From Takakia lepidozioides (lineage: Eukaryota; Plantae; Bryophyta): a DNA stretch of 64,000 bases. The notes below the pieces were generated by a model. It saw only the letters and a list, made by a program, of their open reading frames with translations, was not told the DNA's origin and did no database searches. The stretch lies in the NCBI GenBank assembly GCA_030704615.1, contig CM060732.1, positions 66,774,001-66,838,000 on the forward strand, in the 5' to 3' direction. Position 1 is the first letter of the stretch. Every line of letters starts with the position of its first letter. Below, in pieces: positions 61,409 through 64,000 of the stretch. A program made the translations under genes and the position numbers.

Positions 61409-64000
61409 TATGCCAACCTCTTGAGCATCGATCACACACCAGCATGGTGGCTGCCCTTTTGGCAGACCCACAGAGCATGCATCTCAAACCTGCAGGTACC
61501 ACTGCCAGGTTTGGGTCAATCCTGCCATCGACATTCTTCTTGGCTAGTATCACTGTGGCTGAAGCATACTCTCCCCCAGATAGCTCTACCAAACCAGCCT
61601 CCCAAAGATCATGAGTTCTCATTTGAATCAAGGACCTCTCCATGTCACTATATCTATAGGGTCTTCGAAAGATTGGCGTGTCAGTAGCCAATTCAATGCG
61701 AATCTCTTGACCCTTCAGTGCCTAAGTCCTTCAAACTGAAGGCAAAGCAGTTATTGTAAGCCCTCAAGAACCGCCGTATACGTCGTCTCTCTCCTCCGGT
61801 GACTATAGGTCCAATGTCAGGCTCCCAATTGTCCTCCGTAACTGCAACCTTAAGTCCAGCAGACTTAGAGGTAGGAGACGCGTCCCGTGGTTGCTATGCC
61901 GCAACCTCTTGAGCAGTATTCCCTTCCTGTTCAATCAATGACAAGGCCTCATCCTGCCCCATCACCCATCCTTGAGGACCTCATCAACCCGAGAAGAATC
62001 CCCAACCTCATCTATCATAGCCGCCTTGGCTGCCAACTCCCTCTGAACCTCGAGCACCTCCCACGTGTGTCATGGATGTCTACACCCCGTGGTCCTCACC
62101 GGCTCGCCCCCACTCACTGCCTGTATCGTCTCGGTAGGCAGAGAGACTGTCAAGGGAAGTGCACTCCGCACTCTACGTTGCTCAGCCATAGCAAAGCTGG
62201 TAATCCAGGTCAAGCAATTGAGATCCATTGCTTGCCCCAACACCTGACGCCGTAATGCCTCAGAAAGAGAAGACACCGCCGTGGTACCAGTGGTAAAATC
62301 CATCGCCCGTTCACGCTCGTCAGCATTAGGCTCCATTAATTGTAACAACTTAGCATCCCACAGGAGGCCAGGTCCACCATCCCGGAAAGCGTGCGATCCT
62401 GGGAAGCTGAGCAGTGTAGGTAATGCTGCTCGTGATTGACCCACCCTGTTGACCACTGCCAAAGGCGAACGGTCATCGTGTCTCACATGCTGAGACTGTC
62501 TCCCTGTGTCCAAAATGTTATCCACTGTGAGGTGTGCTGGCCGCTGCACCCCATCAAATGCACGCTTGAGCAGTGCGGGTGGCATCAAGTTAGTCCACCA
62601 TAGCCGTGGACGATGAGCCCGTGACCCCAATGTAGCTGCATCTAGCAACACTGCTGATCCAAGCCACGACCAGACTTGATGCACACTGGCCATCACCCTG
62701 GCCCGAGAATCACCCATCAGTGGCACATTCTCCAAGATGTATGCTGGAGATACAGCTTGATGAAGCTGCAAGTGACGCAAAACCCGCACCATCTCCCAAA
62801 ACAGACCCGACCTCGAGTCTCGCAATCCATTGTCATGCCCGGCTGATGAATGCCCTTGGCAAGGCCAACCTGCCACTACTAGATCAATGGAGCCAACCCG
62901 CTCCAAATCCTACGCCCCCAGCAACGAAATGTCTGTTGGCAAGGCCTGCTGATATCCACGAACTGCAGACACCGGCAACAACTCAGGGTACTGCTGCACC
63001 ATCTGAGCAGCATAACGGAGTGAGATGCGTCATGCAGTCTCATCCCTCTCCACATACAAGTAACGCTGAACTTGTATACTTGCCTGTAGAACAGCAGCCA
63101 ACCCGGTGCTGATCCCGCCAAACAAGTCCAGAAGGCAAATGCCTTCATCCGGATACTGCCACACAATAGGTGTGGTATCCAATGGTGACAACTCAGGTGA
63201 CCCTAGTGCAATACCTGCACTCTCCTCCTCTCCTGATGGTACGAAGGCCCGTACCTAGGCTTATTGCACCCGTCTATCAGTAACCTGCTGCAAATCTTTG
63301 CTCGTACCCCACAATGGAGTGTGAGCAACCATGGCAGGCAACTCCGCCGTACCATGCATGTCATCCTGCTCTGCTGGAGGTGGCACATCCTTTGCATGGG
63401 CATTGCCCTCCAGCAACTCTCCAGGCCAAGTCACTACAACTGTGAATGCTGCAAGTGTCGGCATCTTGCCCTGTTGGGCAACCGCAACTCCTCCTATGAA
63501 CGTCACATGGAGCTGCACACGCCGACCCTCCCTGATTGTCATCCAGGCCTGTAGGATGCTAACTCCTCCCAAAAATCCAGGGTGAAGCCCATGGGATATA
63601 ACACTGCCCCACCAACGAGGACATCATAAGAGACCGCATCTGTCACGATGACCTTGGCTCGCATCACTGAGCATCTATTGGATGATCCGGCTGTAGTCTA
63701 ATGGCTAACTCACGCCGTGTCATGCCCCGAGCTTGCTTTGATCCTCCCAGAGATGTCTGTATCTGGAAAGGACAAGGCTCCATATCCGCCTCCATGAGGC
63801 CTAAGCCTACAATAGCAGCTTTGCCCAGCATCAATGGCTGAGCTCCCGAGTCCAACAAGACCCGCAGTGGCCGGTACCTCTTGCCTGCCGGTCCACTCAA
63901 ACAGAAAATACCATCCTAGTTGTCTAACAAGACAACTCCAGGTGTCACCATGGCGCGCTCAATGGCTGGCCTAGCTGGCAGCTCCACCAATCTGGCAGCT
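61409..64000 (-). mobile_element. Ty3/gypsy element with order protease - C5 DNA methyltransferase - RT start - (deletion) - PHD finger
   Basis: Protease VLLDSGAQPLMLG and YDVLVG; RT start TPIFRRPYRYS...GLVELSGGEYASATVILAKK; PHD CMLC...MLVCDRCSRGWH. Confidence 0.9.
62170..63150 (-). pseudogene. Retrotransposon-borne C5 cytosine DNA methyltransferase domain
   Basis: Motif I LLDLFGGI (~63111-63134), II YLYVERD, IV DLVVAGWPCQG (PC at 62859-62864), VI YILENV, VIII AHRPRLWW, IX EPNADERERAMDF and X RRQVLGQAMD, all in one frame with two stops (TGA, TAG). Confidence 0.93.

Overview
Nuclear DNA from a land plant. The DYW-PPR genes, GT-AG introns and TE families suggest a bryophyte, lycophyte or fern; this is an inference. 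An ~8.3 kb block (DYW-PPR gene, soluble epoxide hydrolase, start of a PIF/Harbinger relic) occurs twice, at 1-8310 and 50277-58470. Between the copies lies a nest of mobile DNA: three LTRs of one Ty3 family, a CACTA transposase split by a solo LTR, a tRNA-Met-primed LTR element, and a Ty3/gypsy whose gag is interrupted by 7.5 kb of host DNA (5' half of an EREX-like PX gene plus an OSB-PDF/PPR gene). The main result is a decayed unit at 20.4-30.1 kb. It holds a multi-exon gene that fuses a ParB/Srx-like domain (DGNHR) to a beta-class N4C/N6A-type DNA methyltransferase fold. About 35 copies of a 20-30 bp palindrome (GGAAATGCGGYRCCGCATTTCC) flank this gene, where they are spaced at whole helical turns, and also sit in its introns. 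A head-to-head pair of paralogous orphan ORFs lies next to it. Separately, a Ty3 element at the right end carries a C5 cytosine methyltransferase between protease and RT, plus a PHD finger. All domain calls come from reading motifs by eye; no searches were run.
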